Of a stretch of 64,000 nt of DNA, positions 1 through 9,790 are shown in pieces. This stretch comes from a bacterium (GTDB taxonomy: Bacteria > SAR324 > NAC60-12), in the NCBI GenBank assembly GCA_965233585.1, contig CBDDTI010000295.1:160001-224000 (forward strand), read 5' to 3'. How positions within the stretch are numbered: position 1 is the stretch's first letter; each line of letters starts with the position of its first letter. A program made the position numbers and the translations under genes. The notes under the pieces were generated by a model. The model saw only the letters and a program-made list of their open reading frames with translations, was not told the origin of the DNA and made no database searches.

Positions 1-530
1 CCCAAAGCTGAGCCTGTAACAATCGCAATATCATCACCCGGGAAGTCATAGCTACTCAACAGATCGCGAACCTCCAATTCAACCAATTCTAAAAGCTCTG
101 GGTCGTCAACCTGATCAGCTTTGTTCAAGAACACAACTAAATGAGGCACATTGACCTGACGTGCCAACAAAATATGTTCTCTGGTTTGGGGCATAGGACC
201 ATCTGCTGCAGAGACAACCAAAATCCCTCCATCCATTTGAGCTGCACCAGTGATCATGTTTTTGACATAATCTGCGTGACCTGGACAGTCCACGTGAGCA
301 TAATGGCGACTTTCTGTCTCGTATTCAATGTGAGCTGTGGCAATGGTAATTCCACGTTCTCTTTCCTCAGGAGCGGCATCAATTTGGCTATAATCTTGAG
401 CTTCTGCTGTCCCCTGCATCGCTAAAACTTTCGTAATCGCTGCGGTTAACGTCGTTTTTCCATGGTCTACGTGCCCGATTGTACCAATATTGACATGTGG
501 CTTAGACCGATTAAATACTTCTTTTGCCAT
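1..530 (-). CDS. tuf: Elongation factor Tu (5' part; runs off window start)
   Basis: Manual translation from ATG at 530: [32 protein letters not shown]...RGITI...[23 protein letters not shown]; follows fusA; missing from the ORF track because truncated. Confidence 0.98.
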   Translation of the reverse strand, partial: MAKEVFNRSKPHVNIGTIGHVDHGKTTLTAAITKVLAMQGTAEAQDYSQIDAAPEERERGITIATAHIEYETESRHYAHVDCPGHADYVKNMITGAAQMDGGILVVSAADGPMPQTREHILLARQVNVPHLVVFLNKADQVDDPELLELVELEVRDLLSSYDFPGDDIAIVTGSAL

Positions 531-612
531 AAGATTCTCCTCTAAATAATATAAAAATTGAGTCAGTAAAAAATTGAGTTTCTACCAAAATATGTTAAAG
601 ACGAAGTTTGGT

Positions 613-2664
613 TTAGTTGATCAATTGCTCTGTTACAGTCTGGTAATGACTAAAGTTCATTGTATAATTTGCATGACCTTGTGTGAGTGATCTGATTTGG
701 GTTGAGTATCCAAACATTTCACGCAAAGGGGTATGAGCAAAAATATGCTGATTGTTGTCTTCTACTTCTAAAGTGTAAATTTTTCCTTTTCTCATATTCA
801 AGTCATTGATGATTTCTCCTGCATAGTTTATGGGAGTTGTGACTTGAACATCCATGACAGGTTCTAACAACTCAGAACCTGCTTCTAAAAGAGCATTTCT
901 CAATACCAAATTAGAAGCTGCATGGAATGCCTCCACAGAAGAATCTTTGTTGAACTCCACCTCTTCTAAAAGAAACTTTACGTTGACTAAAGGGTAGCCA
1001 AACTTTGGGCTGCTCTGCAGAGTCTGCACAACAGTATCTTGAATTGCATCAATGTATTCTTGAGGTATATTCAGTTTTGGTGGAACGATTTCAAAACTTG
1101 TTGCTTCATCTTGATTTTTAGTGACTCTCATTTTGAGATAAGCACTTTGCTTCTTACCAGCTATGACTCTGTCAAATTCGTAATCTGCCACAACTTCCTT
1201 TTGAATCGTTTCCCTATAGGAGACTCGCGGGTTCCCCGTTTTACATTGCAAGCCAAATTCTTTCAATAAACGATCTACAATAATCTCTAAATGCAGCTCA
1301 CCCATACCTGAGATGATACACTGCCCTGTTTCTTTGTCTTTTTTGACTCTGAATGATGAATCTTCTTTGGTTAACCACTCCAAAGAGTTCTCCAGCTTTT
1401 CCTCGTCTGATTTTGTTTTTGCTTCAATGGCAACATCAACCACAGGTTTTGGAAAATCAATAGAATCTAACACAATCGGGAATTTTTTTTCGCAAAGTGT
1501 GTCGCCTGTGGACACAGAATTTAGCCCGATGATTGCACCAATCTCCCCCGTATGCAGCTCCTTGACTTCTTCCCTCTTATTTGAGTGCATTCGGAAAATA
1601 TGACTCACTCTTTCTGTCTTTCTCTTAGAGGAATTGAAAACATTCTGGTTGGTTTTCAAAGTTCCAGAATACACTCTCACAAAGGTCAACTGTCCTGCAA
1701 AAGAATCGTGCGCCAGTTTAAATGCTAGAACGCAGAGGTGGCTGTCTGAAGGCTTGCATTCAACTTTTTTGTTTTGATGCTGATGCACTCCTGTCACAGG
1801 GGGAACATCTAAGGGAGAAGGCAAGTAATCTACAACAGCGTTTAATAAATTGTGAATCCCCTTATTTTTATAGGCGGCACCACATAAAACAGGCACGACC
1901 TGATTCGCAAGAACCGATTTTCGTAAAGCACATTTGATTTCATTAGACTTGGGATTCAACCCACCTACAAACTTTTCAAACAAACTGTCATCTAGCTCTG
2001 CCAGAGATTCTAGCATTGTTTCCCTAGCATGCTCTGCTTCTTCTAAAGAAGTTTGAGGAATGTCTTCCATCAGCAAAGAATCTGACTGTTCCCCCCTGTA
2101 ATAGTTAGCTTTCATTTCAATCAGATCAACCACACCTTGAAAAGTATCATCAGCAAATAAAGGCAGTTGTATTGGGATCGTTTTAACTCGTAATTTAGAT
2201 TCAACAGATTCTACAGCTTTTTGAAAATCAGAGCCAACCCTGTCCATTTTATTAACAAAAATGATTCTAGGAATTTGGTAGCGATTAGCCTGCTTCCAAA
2301 CCATCTCTGTCTGGGCTTGCACACCAGCAACAGCACAAATGACAACAATCGCACCATCAAGTATTCTCAAACTTCTCTCAACCTCAAAGGTAAAATCAAC
2401 ATGACCCGGAGTGTCTATGATGTTAAGAGAATAATCGGATTGATCTACTTTCCATTGACACAATGTCGCAGCAGAAGTGATAGTAATCCCTCTATCTTGC
2501 TCCTGTGCCATCCAATCCATTGTTGCGCAGCCATCATCAACCTCACCTATATTCCTGATTTTACCAGAGTAATAAAGGATTCTTTCAGTTGTTGTCGTTT
2601 TACCAGCATCAATGTGAGCCATGATGCCAATGTTACGGGTCAGCTGCAAATGTGACCTAGTCAT
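613..2664 (-). CDS. fusA: Elongation factor G, divergent (EF-G2-like domain IV)
   Basis: [32 protein letters not shown] motifs; str operon position; ATG at 2664 overlaps the rpsG TGA (ORF track starts 2670). Confidence 0.95.
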   Translation of the reverse strand: MTRSHLQLTRNIGIMAHIDAGKTTTTERILYYSGKIRNIGEVDDGCATMDWMAQEQDRGITITSAATLCQWKVDQSDYSLNIIDTPGHVDFTFEVERSLRILDGAIVVICAVAGVQAQTEMVWKQANRYQIPRIIFVNKMDRVGSDFQKAVESVESKLRVKTIPIQLPLFADDTFQGVVDLIEMKANYYRGEQSDSLLMEDIPQTSLEEAEHARETMLESLAELDDSLFEKFVGGLNPKSNEIKCALRKSVLANQVVPVLCGAAYKNKGIHNLLNAVVDYLPSPLDVPPVTGVHQHQNKKVECKPSDSHLCVLAFKLAHDSFAGQLTFVRVYSGTLKTNQNVFNSSKRKTERVSHIFRMHSNKREEVKELHTGEIGAIIGLNSVSTGDTLCEKKFPIVLDSIDFPKPVVDVAIEAKTKSDEEKLENSLEWLTKEDSSFRVKKDKETGQCIISGMGELHLEIIVDRLLKEFGLQCKTGNPRVSYRETIQKEVVADYEFDRVIAGKKQSAYLKMRVTKNQDEATSFEIVPPKLNIPQEYIDAIQDTVVQTLQSSPKFGYPLVNVKFLLEEVEFNKDSSVEAFHAASNLVLRNALLEAGSELLEPVMDVQVTTPINYAGEIINDLNMRKGKIYTLEVEDNNQHIFAHTPLREMFGYSTQIRSLTQGHANYTMNFSHYQTVTEQLIN

Positions 2665-3137
2665 CACCATCTGTAATGAGCAAAAGCCTTGTTGGCTTCT
2701 GCCATTTTATGAGTGTCTTCCTTCTTTTTAATAGAAGAACCTCTGTTGAAATAGGCGTCAAGAATTTCTCCTGCAAGTTTTTCTTTCATGGAGCGACCAG
2801 ACCTTTTAGATGCTGATTGAATAATCCACCGAATAGCAAGAGACTGTTTTCTCACAGGTCTTAACTCCATCGGTACTTGATAAGTTGATCCTCCAACCCT
2901 CCGAGATTTTACCTCTAAAGAAGGTTTTACGTTTTCAACTGCTTGTTTAAAGATTTCTACTGGGCTTTCGCTTTTTTCTTTTTCTTCAATCAAATGAAAA
3001 GCTCCATAAAGGATTTTCTCAGCAACAGATTTTTTACCATCACGAATTAAACCATTGACGAAACGACTGACTAAAACTTCTCCGTATTTGGGGTCAGGAA
3101 GAACTGGTCTTTGTTCAGCTGTGCGTTTTCTTGCCAT
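2664..3137 (-). CDS. rpsG: 30S ribosomal protein S7
   Basis: [36 protein letters not shown]. Confidence 0.99.
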   Translation of the reverse strand: MARKRTAEQRPVLPDPKYGEVLVSRFVNGLIRDGKKSVAEKILYGAFHLIEEKEKSESPVEIFKQAVENVKPSLEVKSRRVGGSTYQVPMELRPVRKQSLAIRWIIQSASKRSGRSMKEKLAGEILDAYFNRGSSIKKKEDTHKMAEANKAFAHYRW

Positions 3138-3140
3138 AAT

Positions 3141-3509
3141 TTAGCCCCTCTTTGCTCCGTATTTTGACCTTGCTTGTTTGCGGTCTTTAGTTCCTGTTGT
3201 ATCCAAGGCTCCTCTAACAATGTGATACCTTACACCGGGTAAATCCTTGACCCTTCCACCTCTGACCAAAACGATAGAGTGTTCTTGTAAATTATGACCA
3301 ATGCCAGGTATGTAGCTTGTCACCTCAATTCCATTACTCAACCTGACACGAGCAACTTTTCGCATGGCTGAATTGGGCTTTTTGGGGTTAGAGGTATAAA
3401 CACGGACGCAAACTCCTCTTTTTTGAGGGCATCCTTGCAGTGCAGGAGTGTCACTTTTGGTTGTCTTCTTCTTACGACCGCGACGCACAAGCTGATTCAG
3501 AGTAGGCAT
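3141..3509 (-). CDS. rpsL: 30S ribosomal protein S12
   Basis: MPTLNQLVR...CPQKRGVC...PKKPNSA...[12 protein letters not shown]; true start is ATG 3509. Confidence 0.99.
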   Translation of the reverse strand: MPTLNQLVRRGRKKKTTKSDTPALQGCPQKRGVCVRVYTSNPKKPNSAMRKVARVRLSNGIEVTSYIPGIGHNLQEHSIVLVRGGRVKDLPGVRYHIVRGALDTTGTKDRKQARSKYGAKRG

Positions 3510-3540
3510 AATTCCATCTGTAATTTTGAAAAAAGCGACC

Positions 3541-3569
3541 ATTCTAACACGCTGATTTAAGATAGGCAA
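3541..3569 (-). promoter_or_regulatory. sigma70-type promoter of the str operon
   Basis: Minus strand TTGCCT-N17-TAGAAT with TGn extended -10, about 30 nt before rpsL. Confidence 0.65.
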
Positions 3570-3608
3570 TACCCAAATGACAATATTTTAGAAAAAATTT
3601 ATAAATTC

Positions 3609-3637
3609 TTGTCAAATGCCTACAAAGACTTTACAAT
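3609..3637 (+). promoter_or_regulatory. sigma70-type promoter divergent from str
   Basis: TTGTCA-N17-TACAAT, followed by GAGGA RBS before ATG 3663. Confidence 0.65.
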
Positions 3638-3662
3638 CCTACCTTAATGATAGCGAGGATTT

Positions 3663-4253
3663 ATGAAACATTTGTCATCTACTTTTCTTATTAATTTCAT
3701 CAGCATCTTGGGTTTGTCTCATTTTGCTCATGCTCAATTCATAGGCGTTGGTGCGGACGTCCCTCTTTCTTACTCTAATTCAGACTCCCAGCCTCAAGGT
3801 GTCTTTGTCCAAATCACTCATACGACTCCATTTCTTCCCAATCTTAATATGGGTTTTTTCTCATTTGAAAAAAAATTTGAATCCTCCCAAGCAGAAGGTC
3901 ACAATCTACAGGTTGATGCAACAGCTTCTTTGATTGAACTGTTCTATCATGTCCCTGTTCCATTGCTTTCTTTGGGTTTTGGTTTGGGAGGAGGGAGCAT
4001 GCTGACACGAACTGAAGTGGTGCAAAATAATTCTGTTTTACAAAAAGCCAATACTTCTGGGCAGATTATAGCTTGGTTTGTCCAGTTGGGGATTCCTTTT
4101 TGGAACACAATAGAGTTGCATGCTAGCTACCACCAAATTCAAGCAAAAGACCATAAACTTCTCAAGACAGATGATATTGAACTCATAGGGGTTGAAGACA
4201 CACAAGACCTTTCAGGAACATTGATTGCGTTCGGTTTTCAAATTGCTTTCTGA
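3663..4253 (+). CDS. Exported protein, probable small outer-membrane beta-barrel
   Basis: Signal peptide (AHA/QF), amphipathic strands, C-terminal FGFQIAF. Confidence 0.6.
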   Translation: MKHLSSTFLINFISILGLSHFAHAQFIGVGADVPLSYSNSDSQPQGVFVQITHTTPFLPNLNMGFFSFEKKFESSQAEGHNLQVDATASLIELFYHVPVPLLSLGFGLGGGSMLTRTEVVQNNSVLQKANTSGQIIAWFVQLGIPFWNTIELHASYHQIQAKDHKLLKTDDIELIGVEDTQDLSGTLIAFGFQIAF

Positions 4254-4692
4254 CTTTACCACTGAAAGCAAAGGGTTCACCCTTTTGGAAAATCTTGTCG
4301 TTTTGGCAATGATTGGCATTTTGACTTCTCTCTTGGTTGTAGATTGGGGACTTTTTTGGGAAAAGCAAAGTTTGCAGGAAGCGAGTCGTGTTGTCAAAGA
4401 TGCGATACAGCACACTCAAATTTTGGCGGTCACAAGGCGTCAAAATCAAAAATTGGAGGTTGCTGGGCAATCCATCTGGATTAGTGACTCTCCCAGCTCT
4501 GCAAACAAAATATTGTTTGATCAAGTGGCAGAAGGTATTGAGCTTCAGATGACAGGTGTTTTGACTTTTACACCTTATGGATTCAGCCGTGCAGGTTCTA
4601 TTACCATCCAGTCTGCTACCTACTCTGCACGAATTGTGGTCAATTCCATAGGAGGAGTGCGTTCTGAAAACACAGCTCTCAAATCCCCGTAA
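4225..4692 (+). CDS. Prepilin-type (GspH/FimT-like) pseudopilin
   Basis: KG/FTLLENLVVLAMIGIL type IV prepilin motif; TFTPYG and VNSIGGVR tail; start uncertain. Confidence 0.75.
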   Translation: MRSVFKLLSDFTTESKGFTLLENLVVLAMIGILTSLLVVDWGLFWEKQSLQEASRVVKDAIQHTQILAVTRRQNQKLEVAGQSIWISDSPSSANKILFDQVAEGIELQMTGVLTFTPYGFSRAGSITIQSATYSARIVVNSIGGVRSENTALKSP

Positions 4693-4696
4693 AGCA

Positions 4697-5068
4697 ATGA
4701 AGCAGGCATGGACCTTATTAGAGATGCTTGTTGCGATGACATTGTTGTTGTTTTTTATGGGGTTGTGGAGTCAAGTTGTCCAACAAACGATGGTGAGGCA
4801 TCAATCAAGAAAAAGCACAGAGTGGGTGGTTCAGTCCATGGATCTGTGGACAAGTCAAGTTGTTGCAAAGGGCTATGACGCATACCAAAACGGAGATAGC
4901 ACAGAAGAAGCCAAAACATCTTTCTCTGGTCAACAGTTCGTCTTGCGTTATGAGACCAGATTTGACAGCGATTCAAAGTCAAAAGAAATCACTTTTCAAG
5001 TCTTGACCCTCCCTGACAAAACCCAAATAGCTCAGTGGTTTGCTTTGCTAGAAATCACTCAACCTTAA
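4697..5068 (+). CDS. Prepilin-type minor pilin/pseudopilin (PilV/GspI-like)
   Basis: MKQA/WTLLEMLVAM with E5 and a hydrophobic helix. Confidence 0.7.
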   Translation: MKQAWTLLEMLVAMTLLLFFMGLWSQVVQQTMVRHQSRKSTEWVVQSMDLWTSQVVAKGYDAYQNGDSTEEAKTSFSGQQFVLRYETRFDSDSKSKEITFQVLTLPDKTQIAQWFALLEITQP

Positions 5069-5146
5069 CAACTTTGATTTTGCATTCAAAGCACTTGAGG
5101 TATAATGTCCTATTTTCTTCAAAAATTTAAACACACTTATTAAGTT

Positions 5147-5689
5147 ATGACAACGATTGTTTGTATTCGCAAAAAAGATTCTGTGGTATTAGCAGGAGAC
5201 GGGCAAGTCACACTAGGAAATACCATTATGAAAACGGGGGCGAGGAAAATTAGAAAGATGGGGGACGGCAGTGCTATTGCAGGTTTTGCTGGTTCAACGG
5301 CTGATGCCTTTGCTTTATTTGAAAAATTTGATGAAAAACTGGCGCAATATAACGGTCGCCTAGTGCGTGCAGCTGTAGAGCTGGCGAAAGAGTGGCGCAC
5401 CAGCAAAGCACTTCGCAATCTTGACGCACTACTGGCAGCGGCTGACCAGCAGTCTTCATTGATTGTTTCAGGAAATGGCGATGTCATTGAGCCTGATGAT
5501 GGAATCATCGCCATTGGTTCAGGAGGCCCCTATGCCCTTTCTGCTGCACGTGCGTTGATTGACTTTGACCTAACAGCAAGAGAAATTGCAGAACGTTCCC
5601 TTGCTATTGCCTCTGAAATCTGCCTTTACACCAATTCCTCTGTCCATTTTGAAGAACTTCCAAATCAAACTAAAGACAAATCAATATGA
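5147..5689 (+). CDS. hslV: ATP-dependent protease peptidase subunit HslV
   Basis: N-terminal [27 protein letters not shown]. Confidence 0.98.
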   Translation: MTTIVCIRKKDSVVLAGDGQVTLGNTIMKTGARKIRKMGDGSAIAGFAGSTADAFALFEKFDEKLAQYNGRLVRAAVELAKEWRTSKALRNLDALLAAADQQSSLIVSGNGDVIEPDDGIIAIGSGGPYALSAARALIDFDLTAREIAERSLAIASEICLYTNSSVHFEELPNQTKDKSI

Positions 5690-7029
5690 CTCTATCACAA
5701 CTACAACAAGACCCATTAGGTGCGCCTCCTAAACAAATTGTTGCCGAACTTGATAAATACATCATCGGACAATATGAAGCCAAAAAAGCGGTGGCTCTCA
5801 CACTAAGAAATCGTCAGAGAAGACTGCAACTTGCACCTGAAATTAGAAGGGAGGTCTTGCCCAAAAATATCCTGATGGTAGGACCGACTGGTGTTGGAAA
5901 AACTGAAATTGCTAGGAGAATGGCAAGATTGGTTCAAGCACCTTTTATCAAAGTAGAAGCCTCTAAATTTACTGAGGTAGGATATGTCGGAAGAGACGTT
6001 GAGTCTATCATCAGAGATTTGACACAAGTTGCTGTTGAGATGGTGCGTAGGGAGTTAAAAGAGAAGGTTCAAGAAGACGCCAAAAAAAATGCTGAGGAAC
6101 AACTCATGGATGCTCTTTTTCCAAATCTTGGCGAACAAAAAGATTCTCCAACCTACGTGAAGTTTTTGAAGCAACTCCAAGAAGGAAACCTTGAGGACAA
6201 AGAAGTAGAAATTGAAGTGCCAGAAAAAAGCCCTATGGTGGAGGTCATGCCTATCCACGTAGGCGAGTCAAGTGATTTTAACCCCGGCAATTTTCTTTCA
6301 GAATTATTCCCCAAACGCACAAAAAAACGAAAGCTCAACGTCAAAGATGCCCGTAAGCTCTTGGAACAAGAGGCGACAGAAAAGCTGATTGACACAGACA
6401 AGGCATCAGAGATTGCCATTGAACGTGTGCAGTCAAGTGGTGTTGTCTTTTTAGATGAGATTGACAAAATTGCATCGGGTGCTTCAAGTAGTGGTGGCAA
6501 GTCTCCTGATGTCTCACGCGAGGGTGTGCAGCGAGATTTATTGCCAATCGTTGAAGGTTCAACAGTCAAAACACGTTACGGCTTCGTGCAAACAGAGCAT
6601 ATTCTTTTCATTGCCGCAGGTGCGTTTCATGTGTCAAAGCCTTCTGATTTAATCCCAGAACTGCAGGGACGTTTTCCTGTGCGTGTGGACTTAGAGGCTC
6701 TTTCTCAGGAAGACTTTCAAAGGATTTTAAAAGAACCTGAAAATGCGTTGACTAGGCAGTATATTGCATTGCTTAATACAGAAGGATTGAGTCTTGATTT
6801 TACAGATGATGCCATTGATGAGATTGCAAGAATCTCTTACGAAATCAATGATTTTTCAGAAAATATTGGAGCAAGAAGGCTTCATTCGGTGATGGAGAAG
6901 TTGCTGGAAAAAATTAGTTTTGAAGCACCAGAAAAGAAAGGTGAATCTATTCAAATCACCCCCGAATATATTCAAGAGCAACTTTCTGCATTCATTGAAC
7001 GTCAAGATTTGAGCCGATACATTCTTTGA
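5686..7029 (+). CDS. hslU: ATP-dependent protease ATPase subunit HslU
   Basis: [37 protein letters not shown]. Confidence 0.98.
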   Translation: MTLSQLQQDPLGAPPKQIVAELDKYIIGQYEAKKAVALTLRNRQRRLQLAPEIRREVLPKNILMVGPTGVGKTEIARRMARLVQAPFIKVEASKFTEVGYVGRDVESIIRDLTQVAVEMVRRELKEKVQEDAKKNAEEQLMDALFPNLGEQKDSPTYVKFLKQLQEGNLEDKEVEIEVPEKSPMVEVMPIHVGESSDFNPGNFLSELFPKRTKKRKLNVKDARKLLEQEATEKLIDTDKASEIAIERVQSSGVVFLDEIDKIASGASSSGGKSPDVSREGVQRDLLPIVEGSTVKTRYGFVQTEHILFIAAGAFHVSKPSDLIPELQGRFPVRVDLEALSQEDFQRILKEPENALTRQYIALLNTEGLSLDFTDDAIDEIARISYEINDFSENIGARRLHSVMEKLLEKISFEAPEKKGESIQITPEYIQEQLSAFIERQDLSRYIL

Positions 7030-7042
7030 TGCAAGCAAAGCC

Positions 7043-7753
7043 ATGACTCGTGATGAAGTTCTTGTCCAAGCACGGTTGCATTTAAAGCATTTGGGGCATC
7101 AGGGCATCAAACGTTTGACTCTTGAAGCGATGCCTTTGGATTCCATGCCTGATGCCACAGACCAAACACAAATAGTGCAAGAGGACATTTCAGAGGCACA
7201 AGCAAAGCTCCAGCAACTCTATCTTGAGGTCAAAGATAAGCCTCTTTGTAACCTTGCTCAGACTTGTCAAAACTTTGTATTTGGAGAGGGTTTAGCCACT
7301 TCACCTTTGATGATTATTGGAGAGGGACCGGGAGCAGAGGAAGACATTCAAGGGCGTCCTTTTGTTGGTCAATCTGGTCAACTTTTAGGAAAGTTTTTGC
7401 ACGCCATCGGAATTGACCGTGCCGATGTTTATATCACTAATGTTGTCAAGTATCGTCCCCCTAACAATCGGAATCCCAAACCTGACGAGATTAGGGCTTG
7501 TTTTGGCTTGCTTCAACAGCAAATTGAAATTGTCAACCCCAAATTGATTATGATCCTTGGGAATATTGCTTTGCAGACCTTATTGCCACAGGCACCGGCA
7601 GGCATTACTAAAGCACGTGGGAAACTTTGGACATATCAACAATGGCAAGTGTTACCTTCATTCCACCCTGCTTATCTCTTGCGCAATCCACCTGCTATTG
7701 AAACGGCATGGGCTGACTTTAGACAAGCTCAAACACTTGTATTTGAATCATGA
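7043..7753 (+). CDS. Uracil-DNA glycosylase, family 4
   Basis: GEGPG..ED..GRPFVG, RPPNNRNP, FHPAYLLR. Confidence 0.92.
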   Translation: MTRDEVLVQARLHLKHLGHQGIKRLTLEAMPLDSMPDATDQTQIVQEDISEAQAKLQQLYLEVKDKPLCNLAQTCQNFVFGEGLATSPLMIIGEGPGAEEDIQGRPFVGQSGQLLGKFLHAIGIDRADVYITNVVKYRPPNNRNPKPDEIRACFGLLQQQIEIVNPKLIMILGNIALQTLLPQAPAGITKARGKLWTYQQWQVLPSFHPAYLLRNPPAIETAWADFRQAQTLVFES

Positions 7754-8496
7754 AAAATTTGATACTCACTGGCACGCTCCTTTTCTGTATTGGTCTGACA
7801 CAAGGGCTAGCATATCAGCCAACTTGGCAAGATTTGGTTTTCTTTATTCAGAAGCAGTATAAGCATTTGAACAAAGCAACGATTGATCTGGAAGTAGAAA
7901 TTTTCACAGAAGAAGACTCTACAAAATATCAACAAGTTGTTTATTGGACGCCCCAATTAAAAGCTATGAAAACGTTTAATGTCTCTAAAGAATTGGTTGA
8001 CTTCTATTATGAAAGCAATGGTCTTTCTGTCAGGTTTTCAAAGCAGTCATTGCCTTACAACGTTCCTCAAATGCTTCCTCCTTATTTGCGTCTTGTCCAC
8101 CCAACGCAAATTCACCAAAATTTTGAGACTTTGCAGATCAAAGGGCGAGAAGTCTCTCTTTTTGCACATGACACTGATGGGGCATTTTTCAAAGTTGGAA
8201 ATGACCGCAATTATGTTTTAATTGACCCACAAACCCTGTTACCTGCACAGCTGATTTATGGGGTTTGGCAAGACCATCAAATCCAAACGATCAAGATTCA
8301 GTTTTCCCATCTAGTCCAATTCAGTGTGCGTTATCCAAGAGAAGTTGACTATTTTTACAACGATTTTTTATTTCAACGTGTGATTTTGAAGTACATTAGC
8401 ACCAAAAAAACAATTCCCGTAGAAAAACTTCAAAAGCAAGCCCAAGAGCTTTTGGAAACCCGTCAAATAGACTTCAACCTTGATTATACCCAATGA
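7750..8496 (+). CDS. Exported hypothetical protein (possibly LolA-like fold)
   Basis: Signal peptide; ATGA-coupled between UDG and the SurA-like gene. Confidence 0.6.
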   Translation: MKNLILTGTLLFCIGLTQGLAYQPTWQDLVFFIQKQYKHLNKATIDLEVEIFTEEDSTKYQQVVYWTPQLKAMKTFNVSKELVDFYYESNGLSVRFSKQSLPYNVPQMLPPYLRLVHPTQIHQNFETLQIKGREVSLFAHDTDGAFFKVGNDRNYVLIDPQTLLPAQLIYGVWQDHQIQTIKIQFSHLVQFSVRYPREVDYFYNDFLFQRVILKYISTKKTIPVEKLQKQAQELLETRQIDFNLDYTQ

Positions 8497-9476
8497 ACCT
8501 CCGATTTCTATCTATTCTGTTTCTGGTATTTTTGGCAAAAGCTGTGTTTGCAAATCAAATTGACTTTACGCAAATCATTGTGGGTGATGAAGTAACAACG
8601 CACCTTGAAGTGGAAGAAGCTAAACAGGTGGCTCAATCACAGATTACCAGAAGCAACTTACCTGCCGAAGAAAAACGCAGACAATTAGAGAAAGTAGAGC
8701 AAACTGTGGTCAATAATCTTGTGCAAGGATTGCTGCTCTTGAATCGTGCTAATAAGTTGAATCTGACAGTCAATGACCAACAAATTGAGACAAGGTTACA
8801 AAGGCTGGCTGAAAATAACCCTGCATTTTTAGAGCAAACAGCAAGCGAAAATGAAGATGCGGAGGAAGTGAGAGAAAACATTGCCCAAGAGTTGCTAAAA
8901 GAACAAGTCCTTGCAAGGGAAGTCAACGCCAACGTTCAAGTTTCTACTGCTGATGCACTGAGGCTTTGTTTGCAAGAAGCTGAGTTTCAAAAAAAAGTTG
9001 ACCTCTATCAAATTCTACTTCGTAACACATCAAAGCAACAAGTGTCTCAAGTGAGAACGCAAATACTTTTGGGACTTTCACAAGGTCAAACGATTGACAC
9101 CCTCACCAGACAGTTTTCTCAAGACCCCAGAGTTCAGCAAGATTCAGGGTTGGTTTCTGCTTTGCAGAGGGGGCAACTGATTTCTGCACTTGACCAAGCG
9201 GCGTTTTCCCTTCGCGAAAAACAGCTTAGCCAACCCATTCAAACCCAATTTGGCTATCATTTGTTATATGTTTCTAAAGTTATCAAACGTGATGAAAACG
9301 AATGCCGACAACTCACGCAAGGCACATCAAACGTTTACTATTTTCAAGCCTTTCGCACTCGGCAAAGTCAGTTTTTAACAAAACAATACTTTCCCAAACT
9401 GAGAAGAGAATTTGATGTCTCATGCTTCCAACTCAAAACATTGGGTCAAAAATGCCTACCTTTGCAAAAAAAGTAG
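8493..9476 (+). CDS. SurA-like periplasmic chaperone / parvulin PPIase
   Basis: Signal peptide, helical SurA N-domain, FSQDP...SG, SQPIQTQFGYHL parvulin motif. Confidence 0.85.
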   Translation: MNLRFLSILFLVFLAKAVFANQIDFTQIIVGDEVTTHLEVEEAKQVAQSQITRSNLPAEEKRRQLEKVEQTVVNNLVQGLLLLNRANKLNLTVNDQQIETRLQRLAENNPAFLEQTASENEDAEEVRENIAQELLKEQVLAREVNANVQVSTADALRLCLQEAEFQKKVDLYQILLRNTSKQQVSQVRTQILLGLSQGQTIDTLTRQFSQDPRVQQDSGLVSALQRGQLISALDQAAFSLREKQLSQPIQTQFGYHLLYVSKVIKRDENECRQLTQGTSNVYYFQAFRTRQSQFLTKQYFPKLRREFDVSCFQLKTLGQKCLPLQKK

Positions 9477-9576
9477 GCAAGAATGTCCTACCCCAAAAAT
9501 AAAGATTGTGATTGTTCGTGAGTTTGCATATCATGCTTGTTCTTAAACTTTTCAACTTTTTGTATTGGTAGTATTT

Positions 9577-9675
9577 ATGGCTCTTTCTTGGACGATTATT
9601 TTTCTTTTCATTGGCATTTGCTTGGTCGGTATTCCTACGCTAGTGCTTCTCTCACATCTCATCAAACGCAAATAG
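9577..9675 (+). CDS. Candidate 32-aa single-TM small protein
   Basis: Manual ORF MALSWTIIFLFIGICLVGIPTLVLLSHLIKRK; no clear RBS. Confidence 0.35.
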   Translation: MALSWTIIFLFIGICLVGIPTLVLLSHLIKRK

Positions 9676-9790
9676 TAAAAAAGACAATTTTGTCCTGCGA
9701 TATTTGTCCCACGCAATCAGTGCAGTTTTTTCAAAATTCAAAGAGACCTCTGTTTGTCATCAGTGATATAGTTTCATTTTAGACCAAGTT

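Noticed and set aside
141..425. 94-aa plus-strand ORF and the many other short ORFs overlapping long genes
   Set aside because: Antisense or alternative-frame shadows of conserved genes (tuf, fusA, hslU, paa etc.) with no independent motifs
3510..3569. 20-aa N-terminal extension of S12 (MPILNQRVR resembling MPTLNQLVR)
   Set aside because: The stretch is the TTGCCT-N17-TAGAAT promoter. The 17/23-nt similarity to the rpsL start is curious but probably coincidence or an old duplication, and it would not be transcribed from this promoter.
9537..9782. 81-aa ORF from the track
   Set aside because: TTG start, no RBS or motif; the overlapping 32-aa TM ORF is more protein-like
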